Source: Lama glama (taxonomy: Eukaryota). From it: a DNA stretch of 64,000 nt. The stretch is taken from NCBI GenBank assembly GCA_028534125.1, contig CM052817.1, positions 103,604,001 to 103,668,000 of the forward strand, in the 5' to 3' direction. The notes below the pieces were generated by a model, which was not told the DNA's origin, did no database searches, and saw only the letters and a program-made list of their open reading frames with translations. Positions 12,703 through 24,196 of this stretch are shown here, one piece after another. Position numbers and translations under genes: made by a program. How positions within the stretch are numbered: the stretch's first letter is position 1; each line of letters opens with the position of its first letter.

Positions 12703-13180
12703 TGTAGGAGTTCAGAAGTGACTTCCCCAAATGTGCCACTTTTGCTTGAGGATTATTTTAAGCTAAAGGCCACTGAGACCTTGTGGGTTCAAGAGGAACC
12801 ACTGCCTCTCCCTCAACTACCTAGAAGAGTTTAAATCGAGGATTTTTTTTCCCCCAGAAGAAAGTTTCTATGGGAGATAAATTTCATCTAAGAGGCCCCA
12901 TCTATATGGGAAAACATTTAATAACCCAACATCCACACTTCTTATTGTCCTGTGAATGATCCTCCTGTCCTTGGAAGCCCCAGCCCCCCATCCCAGTCCT
13001 CCCATGAGGAGGACTCCCTCTCATTTTACCTTTCTGTATCTAAACCTCTCATGTATGTGGGGTCCCCTATGTATGAAAGCGAATGTGATTTTTCTCCTGT
13101 TAATCTGTCTTGTCAAGTTCTATCTTAGACCAACCAGAAGAACCTGGAAGGATAGAGGAAAGTTTTCTTCCTCCTCAGCA
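12703..13180 (+). mobile_element. MER34/MER39-like ERV1 LTR
   Basis: tgtaggagttcagaagtgacttccccaaatgtgccac...aggattattttaagctaaaggc start and ttttctcctgttaatctgtc near the end. Confidence 0.75.
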
Positions 13181-13307
13181 ATTATAATTAGCAATTTCTA
13201 TCACATTCTTTTAATGATTGCACAATGTTACAGGTGGCATCAGAACATCGTATACACATAACTTACTTTATTTAAACACTGCTCCCCTGATGAACATTAA
13301 TTGTAGT

Positions 13308-13517
13308 CCAAGTGGTGACGAAGGTTATTTATAGCCACTCATAAGACCTTACTGTCACAGCTCTTCCTAACTCTGAGCCCAGCTGACATCATGTCGATAG
13401 CTTGGAACCAGCCATGGTACGGTATTCATACCGTGGAAACTGGCAAATACTACATGACAGTCTCTTTCCCCTTCCCCACCTTCACCCCGTCCCCACCATT
13501 GACCAGTACGCCACTGT
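13308..13517 (+). mobile_element. MER63A-like hAT-Blackjack MITE
   Basis: ctcttcctaactctg...agcttggaaccagccatggtacggtattcataccgtggaaactggcaaatactaca...accagtacgccactg. Confidence 0.75.
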
Positions 13518-13679
13518 GTTCTCAATTTTTTGCTATTATAACATACTTATTTGCAAACTGTGAGGGTATTTCCAAAGAAATACCTTAAAAGAAAAAGAAA
13601 AAAATCTTCACCCAAAACAAAACAACAAATATCCCACATAAAATGTTTTTATTTATTCCTGCCAGGAGTTACCTCCTTC

Positions 13680-14875
13680 CTCCAATCAGGTGATGACTCA
13701 GAAACTGAAGGGAAGTGGTTTGGTCTCCTTATAGGGTATCCTTCCTCTCTCCTGCTGGGTGCCACTGAATGTAGGGACATATGTACACGGAAAGCCATGA
13801 TGGAAATCTCTTGGCTTTAGACGTTCGCTGGAAGGAAAAAAAAAAAGATGGTTTTCCAGACTTACCTCCCTTCAGTTCTTTCCTCCTTTAAGTGGACAAG
13901 TCACAGAGGGAAGGTGAAAGGAGATGCAAATTTGTACCCTAAGTCCCATCCCTATTCTTATTACAGCAAGAAAGCTGCTAATCACATCACAAAAAGAACT
14001 TCTTTTGCTTTAGTCTCTGAACACAGAGTGGGCTTGTAAAACGCAGATGAGTTCTTAAGGGTACAAAGAGACACACAAAGGAGCTGATCTATCAGGGGAC
14101 ATCTGGAGGGCTAATCAAGGATGAACGGGGAAGGGAGCAAGCTAATCCCCCAGGTCACTGCTGTCACCATCTCCTGTCCACCCCCCACCCCAAAGAGGAA
14201 GTATTGGAAAAGCCGCGTAGAAGGGAATCAAATGGCTGCTTTGTGCTGAATGGTTTTGTGCTATTCACGTTTGCCCTACATGTTTTGAAAAACTCAGATA
14301 ATTTACTTGACAGTTTTAGATCCAGTTGTCATGTAGGGGTAAGAAGAAGGAAGAAAAGCCAGAATCTGGGATCTGGAGTAAGCCTGGCTGAGGAGCCTGA
14401 AAGGAAAGGGGGCCAGGACAGAATAAAACACACTGAAACCTCATTTCCATCCCAGGGCCGCATGGTACAGTTGATTTACAACCTCAAACACACAGCAGAA
14501 TTTTAAGAAGAACACAGTTATATAGTTAGTTTATAGCAAAGTTCCAATTAAATCCTCAAATTTTAGAGAAAAAAAAATATGAAAGTGACTGTGATTATCC
14601 AAAGACTCATTTTAAGTAACTATGAGAGTAGTTGGAAGGGGAAACTAGAAAAAAAAAAAGAGTAATTTCATTGGCTATTTCTTAGCATCATGGAATATTA
14701 CCTTAAGTGTATCTCTTTACCTGAGAAGTTTTTTTTTTTTTTGGAAGTTATTGTGATCTTCGTTCTCTTAAAGCAAACTCAGAATTTGCTGAAAATGTAT
14801 GTTCTCTGCTTCTGATTGCTTGGAGAGCAAAAGAAAGTTGAGGTCAGACTGTGTTTCCTCTGGGTTGAGGTGAGT
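13680..14875. promoter_or_regulatory. Candidate enhancer or bidirectional promoter
   Basis: No recognisable repeats; CCAAT 13682, AP-1 13694, octamer 13924, three GCTAATC, PU.1-type AAAGAGGAAGT 14192; outward-facing splice donors at each end. Confidence 0.4.
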
Positions 14876-15484
14876 ATGGCATTGCTAGAAAGGTTGAAGA
14901 AGGTAGACAATTGGTAAAACACTAAAACTGTATTCTTCTCCAGACAATGTTAATTAGGACTTGGCTCTACATACATTTTTGAGGGAGCAGATGTGGATCT
15001 GAAATGCTAGTTACGACTCAGAAAAAAGTTGAATATCACCAAAGCATTTTTTTTTTTTCCTGTTCTCACTCATAACTTTTTAGTCTTTCCTTTTGGTTCC
15101 AGTCCATGAAATCTCATCCCCGTGACCCTTTAGCAAGCTGAGTGGCCAACAAAACTCAGTCATGGGTGACGTTTAAATAGGCAGGAAAACTTTGATAGGG
15201 CTGTAGTTTTATTTTATTTATTTATTTATTTATAATTTAATTTTTTTTTTTTTTAGTTTTCTGACTGAAATTATCTATAATTAGCATTTATTTCTCATGT
15301 AAAGAAGTATAAAAGTGCTTTGGCCATGGCTCCAGTGAGTGAGGCTTGCTAATATCTCTCCAAGTAGATGCTGGGAGCAGGGCAATCCTTATTAAATCAA
15401 AGCCAAAAAGAGCAGAGTAATGCTGAAAGTATTTGTCGGCTATCACTAAAAGTTTTCTTCATCAGTTTGTGACAGTGACAATTC

Positions 15485-16505
15485 CTTTTCTTAAAATATA
15501 TTTTTTATTGAAGTACAGTCAGTTTACAGTATTGTGTCAATTTCTGGTGTACAGCACAATACTTCAGTCATACAGGAACATACATATATTCATTTTCATA
15601 TTCTTTTTAACCATAAGTTAACCTACAAGATACTGAATATAGTTCCCTGTGCTAATCAGTATAAACTTGTTGTTTATCTATTTTATATATAGTAGTTAGT
15701 ATCTGCAAATCTGGACCTCCTAATTTATCCCTTCCCGCCCCTTTTCCTCCGGTAACCATAAGTTTGTTTATTATGTCTGTCAGTCTGTCTCTGTTTTGTA
15801 AGTAAGTTTGTCTTTTTTTTTTTTAGTTTCCATGTATAAGTGATATCATATGGTATTTTTCTTTCTCTTTCTGACTTACTTCACTTAGAATGACATTCTC
15901 CAGTTCCATTCATGTTGTTGCAAATGACATGATTTTATTCTTTTTTATGGCTGAGTAGTACTCCATTGTATAAATATACCACTACTTTATCCAGTCCTCT
16001 GTTGATGGACATTTAGGTTGTTTCCATGTCTTGGCTATTGTAAATAGTGCTGCTATGAACATTGGGGTGCATGTATTTTTTTGAATTAAGGTTCCCTTTG
16101 GATATGTGCCCAGGAGTGGGATTGCTGGATCATATGCTAAGTCTATTTTTAGTCTTTTGAGCAATCTCCATACTGTTTTCCATAATGACTGCACCAAACT
16201 ACATTCCTGCCAACAGTGTAGAAGGTTTCCCTCTTCTCCACACTCTCTCCAGCATTTATTGTTTGTGGACTTTTGAATGCTGGCCATTCTGACTGGTGTG
16301 AGGTGATATCTCATTGTAGTTTTGATTTGCATTTCTCTAATAATTAGCGATACTGAGCATTTTGTCATGTGTCTATTGGCCCTTTGCATGTCTTCACTGG
16401 AGAAATGCTTGTTTAGGTCTTCTGCCCATTTTTGGATTGGGTTGTTTGCTTTTTTTGTTATTAAGTTGTATGAGCTGTTTATATATTCTAGAAATTAAGC
16501 TCTTG
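15485..16505 (-). mobile_element. 5'-truncated young L1
   Basis: Minus ORF 15982-16389 is the ORF2 C-terminus; complete 3' UTR; exact 14-bp TSD gacagtgacaattc (15471-15484 / 16506-16519). Confidence 0.97.
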
Positions 16506-16768
16506 GACAGTGACAATTCTTGAATTATTCTCCTGTACGCATGGAATGTATACCAAGTCCTGTATGGTTATAGGAATAGAGTGGTCACACCATGTAATTA
16601 GTGTGATTTTTTAAAGTGGGGATGGCTTCATCTATTTCCTGGATAATGTATATTGTACGTACATTTTTTTGGCTTTCTTCTAAACCCTTTTGTCATAGTT
16701 TCCTTTGACTTTGAGGTATCCTTATTTTTAATGTGAATAACAGCATCCACGATGATAAACATAGTGCT

Positions 16769-16895
16769 GGGTGGTGGAAGGTAGTGATAGAACACATGCT
16801 TAGCATGCACAGGGTCCTGGGTTCAATCCCCAGTACCTCCATTAAATAAATAAATAAATAAACTTAATTACCACCCCCACCAAAAAAAAAAATTT
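16769..16895 (+). mobile_element. tRNA-Ala-derived SINE (degenerate head)
   Basis: catgcttagcatgcacagggtcctgggttcaatccccagtacctcc, (TAAA)n linker, cttaattaccacccc, A tail. Confidence 0.9.
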
Positions 16896-17875
16896 TTAAA
16901 AATCATGTTAAAAACTCTGCTGGGAAGGCATGAAACAGACAAGGTAAACAGAGCTATGGCCTTTTCCAGTGGAATAATCACAGCTCTAATGAAATCCCAG
17001 TCCTGTGGTTTAGGCTGGGAAGTTTGCAAATAAGTGAGAAAGGCACACTGCTCCTTTGCTTCCGATCATATGATCTACAATACTGCTGTCCTGATCGCCG
17101 TGTACCCATACCTATATAGTCCTGAGCACCTTAGCCCTTTGAATAGTACTCCCTTGTTCCAAACAAAGCAAAGCTTCCCATCAGCTGCTCTGCTTGGCTT
17201 TCCTGCTGCCTGAGCAGGACTGAACATGGCTGGTCTTAGTATTGCTGGTCAGGGCTGTTGCCTGCGCGGTTTCTTTCCATTGTGCCTTCCAGCTGCTTTC
17301 AGATTTCCCAGGTCCCAGCAGTAATATCAATTGACTAAAAACAAATGCTTTCCTCACTGCTCACAGTTTATGGGAATGGGAAAAGGGGTTTAAATTATCT
17401 GGCGTTTGAGTGATCCTGGAGGTCCTTTCGTGTGTCTACTATGTACACAAATGTTTAAGGGCATTTTGTTGTAACAAGGAAGAAATAGCTCTGAAGAAGA
17501 ATTTCATTTTTCTGTTTTTTATTGTATAGAAGTAGTAACGGATTTAAATAACACAAACAAAATTGCCTTGGAAACTGAAAGTAAGCCATGGGCATAGAAG
17601 AACTATCTGGATATTGATAATGGCTACCATTTTCTGGTCTTTTCCTGTGGACCAGTCACCGAGCTTTATACACATGACAGCTTTTACACTTTTCAACAGT
17701 AGTAGGAACTGGCTGTTAATTGTGATCCTCATCTTCCCCATAAGGAAAAAAAGACAGGCTGGGAGAGATGCAGCAGCTGGTCCATGGTCTCAGGGACAGC
17801 AGGCATTTAATAATTTACTTGTTTTTATAAAATACAAACATAAAATATAAAATAATAAAAATAATAAAAGTATTT

Positions 17876-17910
17876 TACACTTGATCTTAGCCAAAAGGCC
17901 AAGAAGCAAT
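17876..17910 (-). pseudogene. RNU2: U2 snRNA 5' fragment (nt 1-35), tailless retropseudogene
   Basis: Reverse complement ATTGCTTCTTGGCCTTTTGGCTAAGATCAAGTGTA equals U2 nt 1-35 with two CpG transitions; 15-bp TSD ataataaaa(g/t)tattt. Confidence 0.92.
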
Positions 17911-18081
17911 ATAATAAAATTATTTTAAATAATAACATACTACTAGAAAAATGATTTTGAGAGTGTGATACATTCTGGAAAGGAGTGTGCTTTCCCAGAA
18001 GGGAACAGTGGTCAGTCTCTGAGGCCTCCCAGGCAGCCTCACATATGGGGAAACAGATATTTTTATAAAAGAAATGTTTTG

Positions 18082-18222
18082 GTGGGGAGAGGGTATAGTT
18101 CAGTGGCAGAGCCCATGCTTAGCTGGCACGAGGTCCTGGATTCAATCCCCAGTACCTCCATTAAAAAAATAATAATAATAAACCTACTCCTCCCCACCAA
18201 AAAAAAAAGTAGGAAAAAAAAA
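18082..18222 (+). mobile_element. tRNA-Ala-derived SINE
   Basis: gggtatagttcagtggcagagcccatgcttagctggcacgaggtcctggattcaatccccagtacctcc plus linker and tail. Confidence 0.92.
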
Positions 18223-19049
18223 TGAAGTGTTTTGTATCTTTAGGTCCATGTAATGTCTTTCTCTGGTCAGAAGTTGGGCCCTTAAATGCATCATGTTCTT
18301 TCCTGTTTTCTCAGAATTTGGGGTGTCAATACATTACTTAGTGAATAATCTTCTGGACTCTTCTGGAATCTGTTTTAACTCTGAAACCAGTTCTTCTGAC
18401 AAGCAGCATGTCTTCTTTTGAAAATATTCAAACTAGTTTAAATTTAAATTGGAAAATTTTACCTTTGAGTCACTCGATGTGTCTTTAATACGTCTCCCGC
18501 CCCCGCCCCTCAAACCTAATCCTGACAGATTTACTCACCTGTTGAAAAAGGGCTGACATTTCCCCATCTAAGGCTCACTTTTGGGAAACTGAGAGATCTT
18601 TTCATCAATATTTTATGGAGCTTTTCTGGCCTGTGCAAATACCGGGACGCTGCAGACTTTTAAACTAGGGGACCACTTATTTTTCTGAATGTGCTCTGAG
18701 TTTGCATGTGAATGTTTGCAGGTATGAATTGGGTCCTCCGAGAGCTTAAAGCCCCCTCTGTATGTGCAGTGGTTACCTGGTATTAAGGCATCTACCACGA
18801 GAAGGAATATAGTGACTAGGAAGCCGTCAGTTAGGACACATGGGAATTCAGGGATTATGGTTCCTTTGTTTCTACATTCCCTGAACACAAAACTTTTCTG
18901 ATGTTAGTATGTGCTTGTTTACCTTCTAATTGAGTAAATGAAAGTAAAAGGTTTTTCAAGTAACAAACCAGGAAATACTTTGACAGTAGATTTTGTGATT
19001 AAGTTACATGTATGGACAGGTTGCCATTACTTTATTATTAATATACATT

Positions 19050-19183
19050 TTTATCTTTTAAAATTTTTTTGGAGGGAGTAATTAGGTTTATTTAGTTATT
19101 TAATTTTTAATGGGGGTATTAGGGATTGAACCCAGAACCTCATGCATGCTGAGCATGCACTCTACCTCTGAGCTCTACCCTCT
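19050..19183 (-). mobile_element. tRNA-Ala-derived SINE
   Basis: gggattgaacccagaacctcatgcatgctgagcatgcactctacctctgagctctaccc with taattagg linker. Confidence 0.9.
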
Positions 19184-20100
19184 CACATACATTATTATTT
19201 TTAAAAAAAACTACTGAACAGCCAAATACAAGGTAGACCCTAACGTCTTGATTTTTTTTTATCCTCTCCAAATGCATTTTGTATAAATAATCTGAAGTTT
19301 TTCCCCTTCACTGAGCCGTAAGACAAAATTCCATATCACATATGATATTTCTTGTCCCTCACATTGAGGCCTTGCAAGATTAAGTAGTAAAATGACAGTG
19401 TGGCTTAGCACAGAGTAGCCTGAAATGGCAGGTAAAATAACTAGTCTTGGTCTTATTAAAAATGATTCATTCGTTGCTATGAGAAAAATTTTAACTGCTT
19501 TATACCTCAAAGTCATCACAAAAATGCCTTTGGAATTACTCTGTCATTACCATATGTGAAGGTAATAACCACATTTGAATGGATCTTTTCTTTATATTAT
19601 GAAAAACTCATTTAATTTTCAGTTTTATGTTACATATATGGATGATTTTGAAAATGACAAGTTTTTGCATGATGAGCTGCAGCTAAGGTCAAAAGCCTCA
19701 GTGCATGTGTGGTTTCATGTGTTACAACTCAGTGCTCTTATTTGCATTAGCTATTTGACATTTTTATTCCAGGAATTGTTGATTTTAGTTATCAGGTTAT
19801 CAGTTATCAAATTTGACTCTGAATCCTTTTATTTTTGCTCGTGAGTCCACAAAAATCTAGTTTAAAACAATCATGTTAGAGACTGGAGAAAAGCACAGTG
19901 GTCTATTTGATAAATTATCAAAACTTGGAAATTAAAAAGAAATGAAAGATATTTATTAAAAAAAATTTAGATTTCCATCATAAGCTTTGTGATATGAATA
20001 TAATCCAGTAACGTTTACTGTGCGTCCCTGATACTGACAGAGACTCATCTGATACTGAAGTTAAAATAGAATGTATTCCTAAATTCAGATAAACCCAGGT

Positions 20101-20171
20101 TTTTGTTTTTGTTTTTAACTGAAGTATAGTTGGTTTACAGTGCTGTGTTAGTTTCTGGTGTACAGCATAGT
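20101..20171 (-). mobile_element. ~70-bp L1 3' tip with TSD
   Basis: T tail + aactgaagtatagttggtttacagtgctgtgttagtttctggtgtacagcatagt; flanks tcagataaacccagg / tcagataaactcagt. Confidence 0.85.
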
Positions 20172-20640
20172 CAGATAAACTCAGTTTTTAATTATGTTTT
20201 GTTCAGATTATACTTACCTTTATGCTTTCAAAGAACAAATAAATCATTACAGTTCTTCCATCAAAGTCAAATAAATGAATGTGACTACTTCACCACCAGA
20301 AATATTTGATATATTTCTTTAAGACAGGACCCCCAAGGCAATACTCAAAAGCACTCAATAAATTTACAAGTCAATTTAGTGCCAGTCTCTACAGATGCTT
20401 TAAGCAGTCTTCATTAAATTACTGTGGAAAAATGTGAAGTCTATCAACCTGCATTCCCAGACCTTTTGCCACTCATTTAGGGGCCACTGAAACATGATAT
20501 GAGGTTTATTTAACTACTGTCCCTGGCCACCGTCATTAACTAAGAAAGGTAAGTAAACATTGATAAGACATCAGAGGGCCTTTTACAAATGTCTTAGTTC
20601 TTGGAAAAGCTCATGTTTCAGATCCAGTAAAAGAGAAAGA

Positions 20641-20900
20641 AACTCTTTCTGCCCTCCTCCTCCTCCCACTTCTTTCCTCCTCCCTCTCCCCTCTCCGCCC
20701 CCACCCTTAATATCCACAAGGACACCTGTTTCTCAGGTGGACAGGGGCTCGGTTTCTTTAGATGCACTTCTGACTCAAAAGATCAAAGGATGTGCGGTCT
20801 CTTTCCTGACTGTGGTGCAGGGTAACCACAGACAGATTTCACACCAGGCTCGGGGAAGCCTTGGCACACTGGCTCTTCCTTCCCACCTGGAAACGACATC
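20641..20900. promoter_or_regulatory. Candidate enhancer (AP-1/TCF/RUNX/ETS cluster)
   Basis: TGACTCA 20771, AGATCAAAGG 20780, TGCGGT 20793, TTTCCTG 20802, TGTGGT 20811, AACCACA 20824, paired E-boxes 20723/20734, GC box 20695. Confidence 0.55.
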
Positions 20901-21239
20901 CGGCAGACGTTTGCCATCATGCCATTGCCCCTTCATAGGATGGCAAGTCAGGCATCTTACAAATGAAAAATCTGCCACGTGTGAACATTTGCTTTACTTT
21001 TATCCAAGTGGAGGGGGAGTCTTATGCTTTTAAAAACAGAAACAAACAACAACAACAAAAAACATTTTCAACAGAATCATATTTTATACCAACTTTGTGA
21101 AAGTATCATTTTAGTCAGTGGGGCTGGAGTTAGGGTTTCATTAAGACAAGCCTATTAGCAGGAAATTCAAATAGAATTGACTGGGGATTTATTACAGTCA
21201 TAAGACATCAGCATCTCTAAAAATTACCTTGAGTGATGA

Positions 21240-21640
21240 GACAGGCCGAGAGGGAGGAAAGAGCACTGGGGGCAGGAGGCCATGGGAGCAGGAGGTAGAC
21301 ACAGCTGAGGGAGTGTCGGGACTTAAAGACGGTCAACGGGGCCAAGACTGGGAGTGAAGGTGAACATGGTCTGAGAGGAAGACACAGATTTTGGAGGGCT
21401 TTCTTTGCTGGCTGAGTTTAGCTTTATCATGAACAGGGTGGAAAGACATTGAAGAGTTTTAAGGTGTGTGTGTTGTGGGATGGAGGACGTTGGGGGATGG
21501 CTGAAGTGAACACATTTTTGAGATCACCCTGGTGTTGGACGTGGTGGAGAACAAGGGAAGGGAGCCAGTGCTCCTGGGGCTCCCTGTGTCTGATGAGAAG
21601 TGGGTGTGGGTGGTGACACCAGAGAGAGGCGAAGTTGCTG
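21240..21640. mobile_element. L2 LINE fragment
   Basis: Purine-rich L2-like sequence (gagtttagctttatcatgaacagggtggaaagacattgaagagttttaag). Confidence 0.6.
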
Positions 21641-22474
21641 GATTAGACCTCTAAGGTCCTTGGAGTCTCAAAAGTATAAGGAAAGACAAAGGAAAGTAAT
21701 TTTATGAGTAATGGAAGACATACTGAAAATAAAATGAGAAAGATTATGCTTTGTTTTGTACATGGCACGAAGCCTAGTTTTTATTATGGTTTCTAATCTT
21801 TAACATACAAGATGCAAAATGTTATAATTCATTTTAGGAATCCTGGAAAAAACTTTAACTCAAATGAGTATATATCCGATAACATATACTGAGAAATTAA
21901 GATTAATGGAGGCTTTTTTTTAGATAGTTAACTTTTAATTTCTTACATGATTAGGCCAAGGAAGATATTTTTGTATTTATTGCAATAATTTAATTGGAAT
22001 ATTTAATCAAAATTACAGATTTTTTTTCCTGAATTCTTTTCTTACAACGTGATGCTAGGATATAATTAGTGAAATTACTCTTATTTGACCCATGAAAATT
22101 CCTGGCTGAGAAGCCAGTACAAATTGGTCTACAGGGGACTCACATGTGTTCTCCATGTGGTCTCAGTGGTTAAGAGTTTTGTTAATTAAACCACAGTAAA
22201 AATAGCAGTGACAGCAAAGTGCTCATGTTTTCCTGAGTGCAAAGGAATTTTTTCGTAATAAAAAGGGTTTGCTGTGGCTGACAAGCCTTCATCAGTTCTC
22301 AGTCATGACTCAGTTCCTGCACTGTGCCTGTTAGAAGCAGCTTGAGTTTCCTACATAGAACTGATTCCAGGGCTTAGACTGTCGAGGGGGACAATGAAGC
22401 ATGTTCTGTTTCTTTCTAGAAGACTTTGAGGTCATCCTGTCTTTTCCAGACTTTTATTTAGAATGTATCTGTTG

Positions 22475-22754
22475 AGATTCACAAACATAGAAAACAAACT
22501 TATGGTTACCAGGGCGGGAAGAGGGTGGGAAGGGATAAATTGGGAGTTTGAGATTAGCAGATACTAACTACTATACATAAAATAGATAAACAACAAGTTT
22601 ATACTGTATAGCACAGGGAGCTATATTCAGTATCTTACAGTAATTTATGTTGAAAAAGAATCTGAAGACATATGTGTATGTACATGTATGACTGAAACAT
22701 TCTGTACACTAGAAATTGACACATTGTAAACTGACTAGACTTCAATTAAAAAAA
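22475..22754 (+). mobile_element. L1 3' UTR (younger type)
   Basis: acatagaaaacaaacttatggttaccagg...aaattgacacattgtaaactgactagacttcaattaaaaaaa, same type as the 33578 and 44360 copies. Confidence 0.93.
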
Positions 22755-22900
22755 GAAGCTAATATAATAATGGCTTTGTGAATAGTTTCCTTCACTAATA
22801 TATTATGAATGTATGTACTTATCTGTAACTACGTTGCAGTGAAAATAAACTTTGTATTGTGTGTTGCTATCAAAAAATTTTCTTAAAAGTATCTTTTGAG

Positions 22901-23100
22901 ACACACTATTATATATAAAATAAACAAGGACCTACTGTATAGCACAGGGAACTATATTCAATTTCTTGTAATAACATATAATGGAAAATAATCTGAAAAT
23001 ATATGTTTTATATATGTATGTTATCTGTATAACTGAATTGCTTTGCTGTACACCTGAATCTGTCACTGTAAATCAACTACACTTGAATAAATTTTTAAAA
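22901..23100 (+). mobile_element. L1 3' UTR (different, older type)
   Basis: aacaaggacctactgtatagcacagggaactatattcaa...ctttgctgtacacctgaa...gtaaatcaactacacttgaataaa. Confidence 0.88.
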
Positions 23101-23934
23101 AAAGTATCTGTTGAAAATATAACCTTTTGTGCTATTTTCTTTTTGTTGTTATTGTTTTGAAATGTACATAATTTCCTCCTCTGCTCCCTTCCCCAACAGC
23201 CCTGCTTCTAGTCACAGGACCTAAACAAAAGTAGGGTCAATCTTGAGTCCTTGGTTGGAAAGATGTTGGTTGATACTCCACGACTCCCACCTTAGGGGCC
23301 TCTGCAGCCAGGGTCCCCTGCTTTCCAGTGACCCTCAAGGAGTAACTGAATCTCCTCTGCCAGGTATTAAGAGAGTTATTAGTTCTTTCAAAGAATCTAG
23401 GTATATTATGAGATACTCATTCAAGCACCCCTCCCCAGCCCAGAGCACACACAACTGCCTAAGATCCTAATATCCTACATCGACCATTTCCAGGGAACTG
23501 GGTGAGGTTCAACCAAAGGGTTAAGCCTCTGGGGTTGAAATTTTATCACTCCTCCTGTAAACGTAAATTTGTGGCCCAAGGTGTACGGATTTCCACCCAT
23601 ACCTACAAATTACTTTATTTATGATTTTCTGAGCCAGTTTCTACCTCTCCTTTGGAGAATGCCTTTTTCCTCACTGAAAGGTAATTAGAAATCTTCAGTG
23701 TGGATAGGAAGTCTCTTCTTATTTCATTAATAATTTGATTACTTTACTGATAAAAGCTCATTTAAAATTTTTTAGTTTCTGAATTTAATTTTTAAAATCT
23801 TCTGCAGTCCGGCCTCTAATTTGCTTGTCCTTTTTGAAGTCTTGTATGAAGCAGTGACAATGTCCTACAAATGTTTCCTTGTATTGATGCTTCAAGGTGG
23901 GAGAAATTCCATAAAATGGGACTTCCTAAGTGTG

Positions 23935-24085
23935 ACAGCATGACAGAGTCTCCTGGACTTCTCAAAAGTGCAAATTCCCAGGTTTCACTTAGACCTATTA
24001 AATCAAACTTCCAGGGGTTGGGGTAGGGGGTGAAGCTTGAATGTTTGCACTTTTAAAATGCTTCCCAAACGATTCTGATGTAACC
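23935..24085. mobile_element. MER5-like hAT-Charlie fragment
   Basis: gcaaattcccagg...agacctattaaatcaaacttccagggg...tgcttcccaaacgattctgatg. Confidence 0.6.
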
Positions 24086-24196
24086 ATCCACTTATTTACA
24101 GAGTGCCTTTGGGAGCCTTTGGGGATGGGAGGGTGGGCCAGAATTAATTTACTTAGAAGTCCTGTATCTTTGGAAGTGCAAATCATTTTAGGATGT

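Noticed and set aside
18082..18160. tRNA-Ala gene (and the other tRNA-like heads)
   Set aside because: Diverged copies with SINE linker, tails and often TSDs; these are SINEs, not tRNA genes
20461..20548. Plus-strand 88-nt exon candidate (cccag|...AAG|GTAAGT)
   Set aside because: Weak polypyrimidine tract and stops in all three frames; not distinguishable from chance
20560..21033. 157-aa ORF, the longest gap-free ORF
   Set aside because: Starts at TTG, proline run comes from a pyrimidine tract, no recognisable domain; better explained as regulatory DNA
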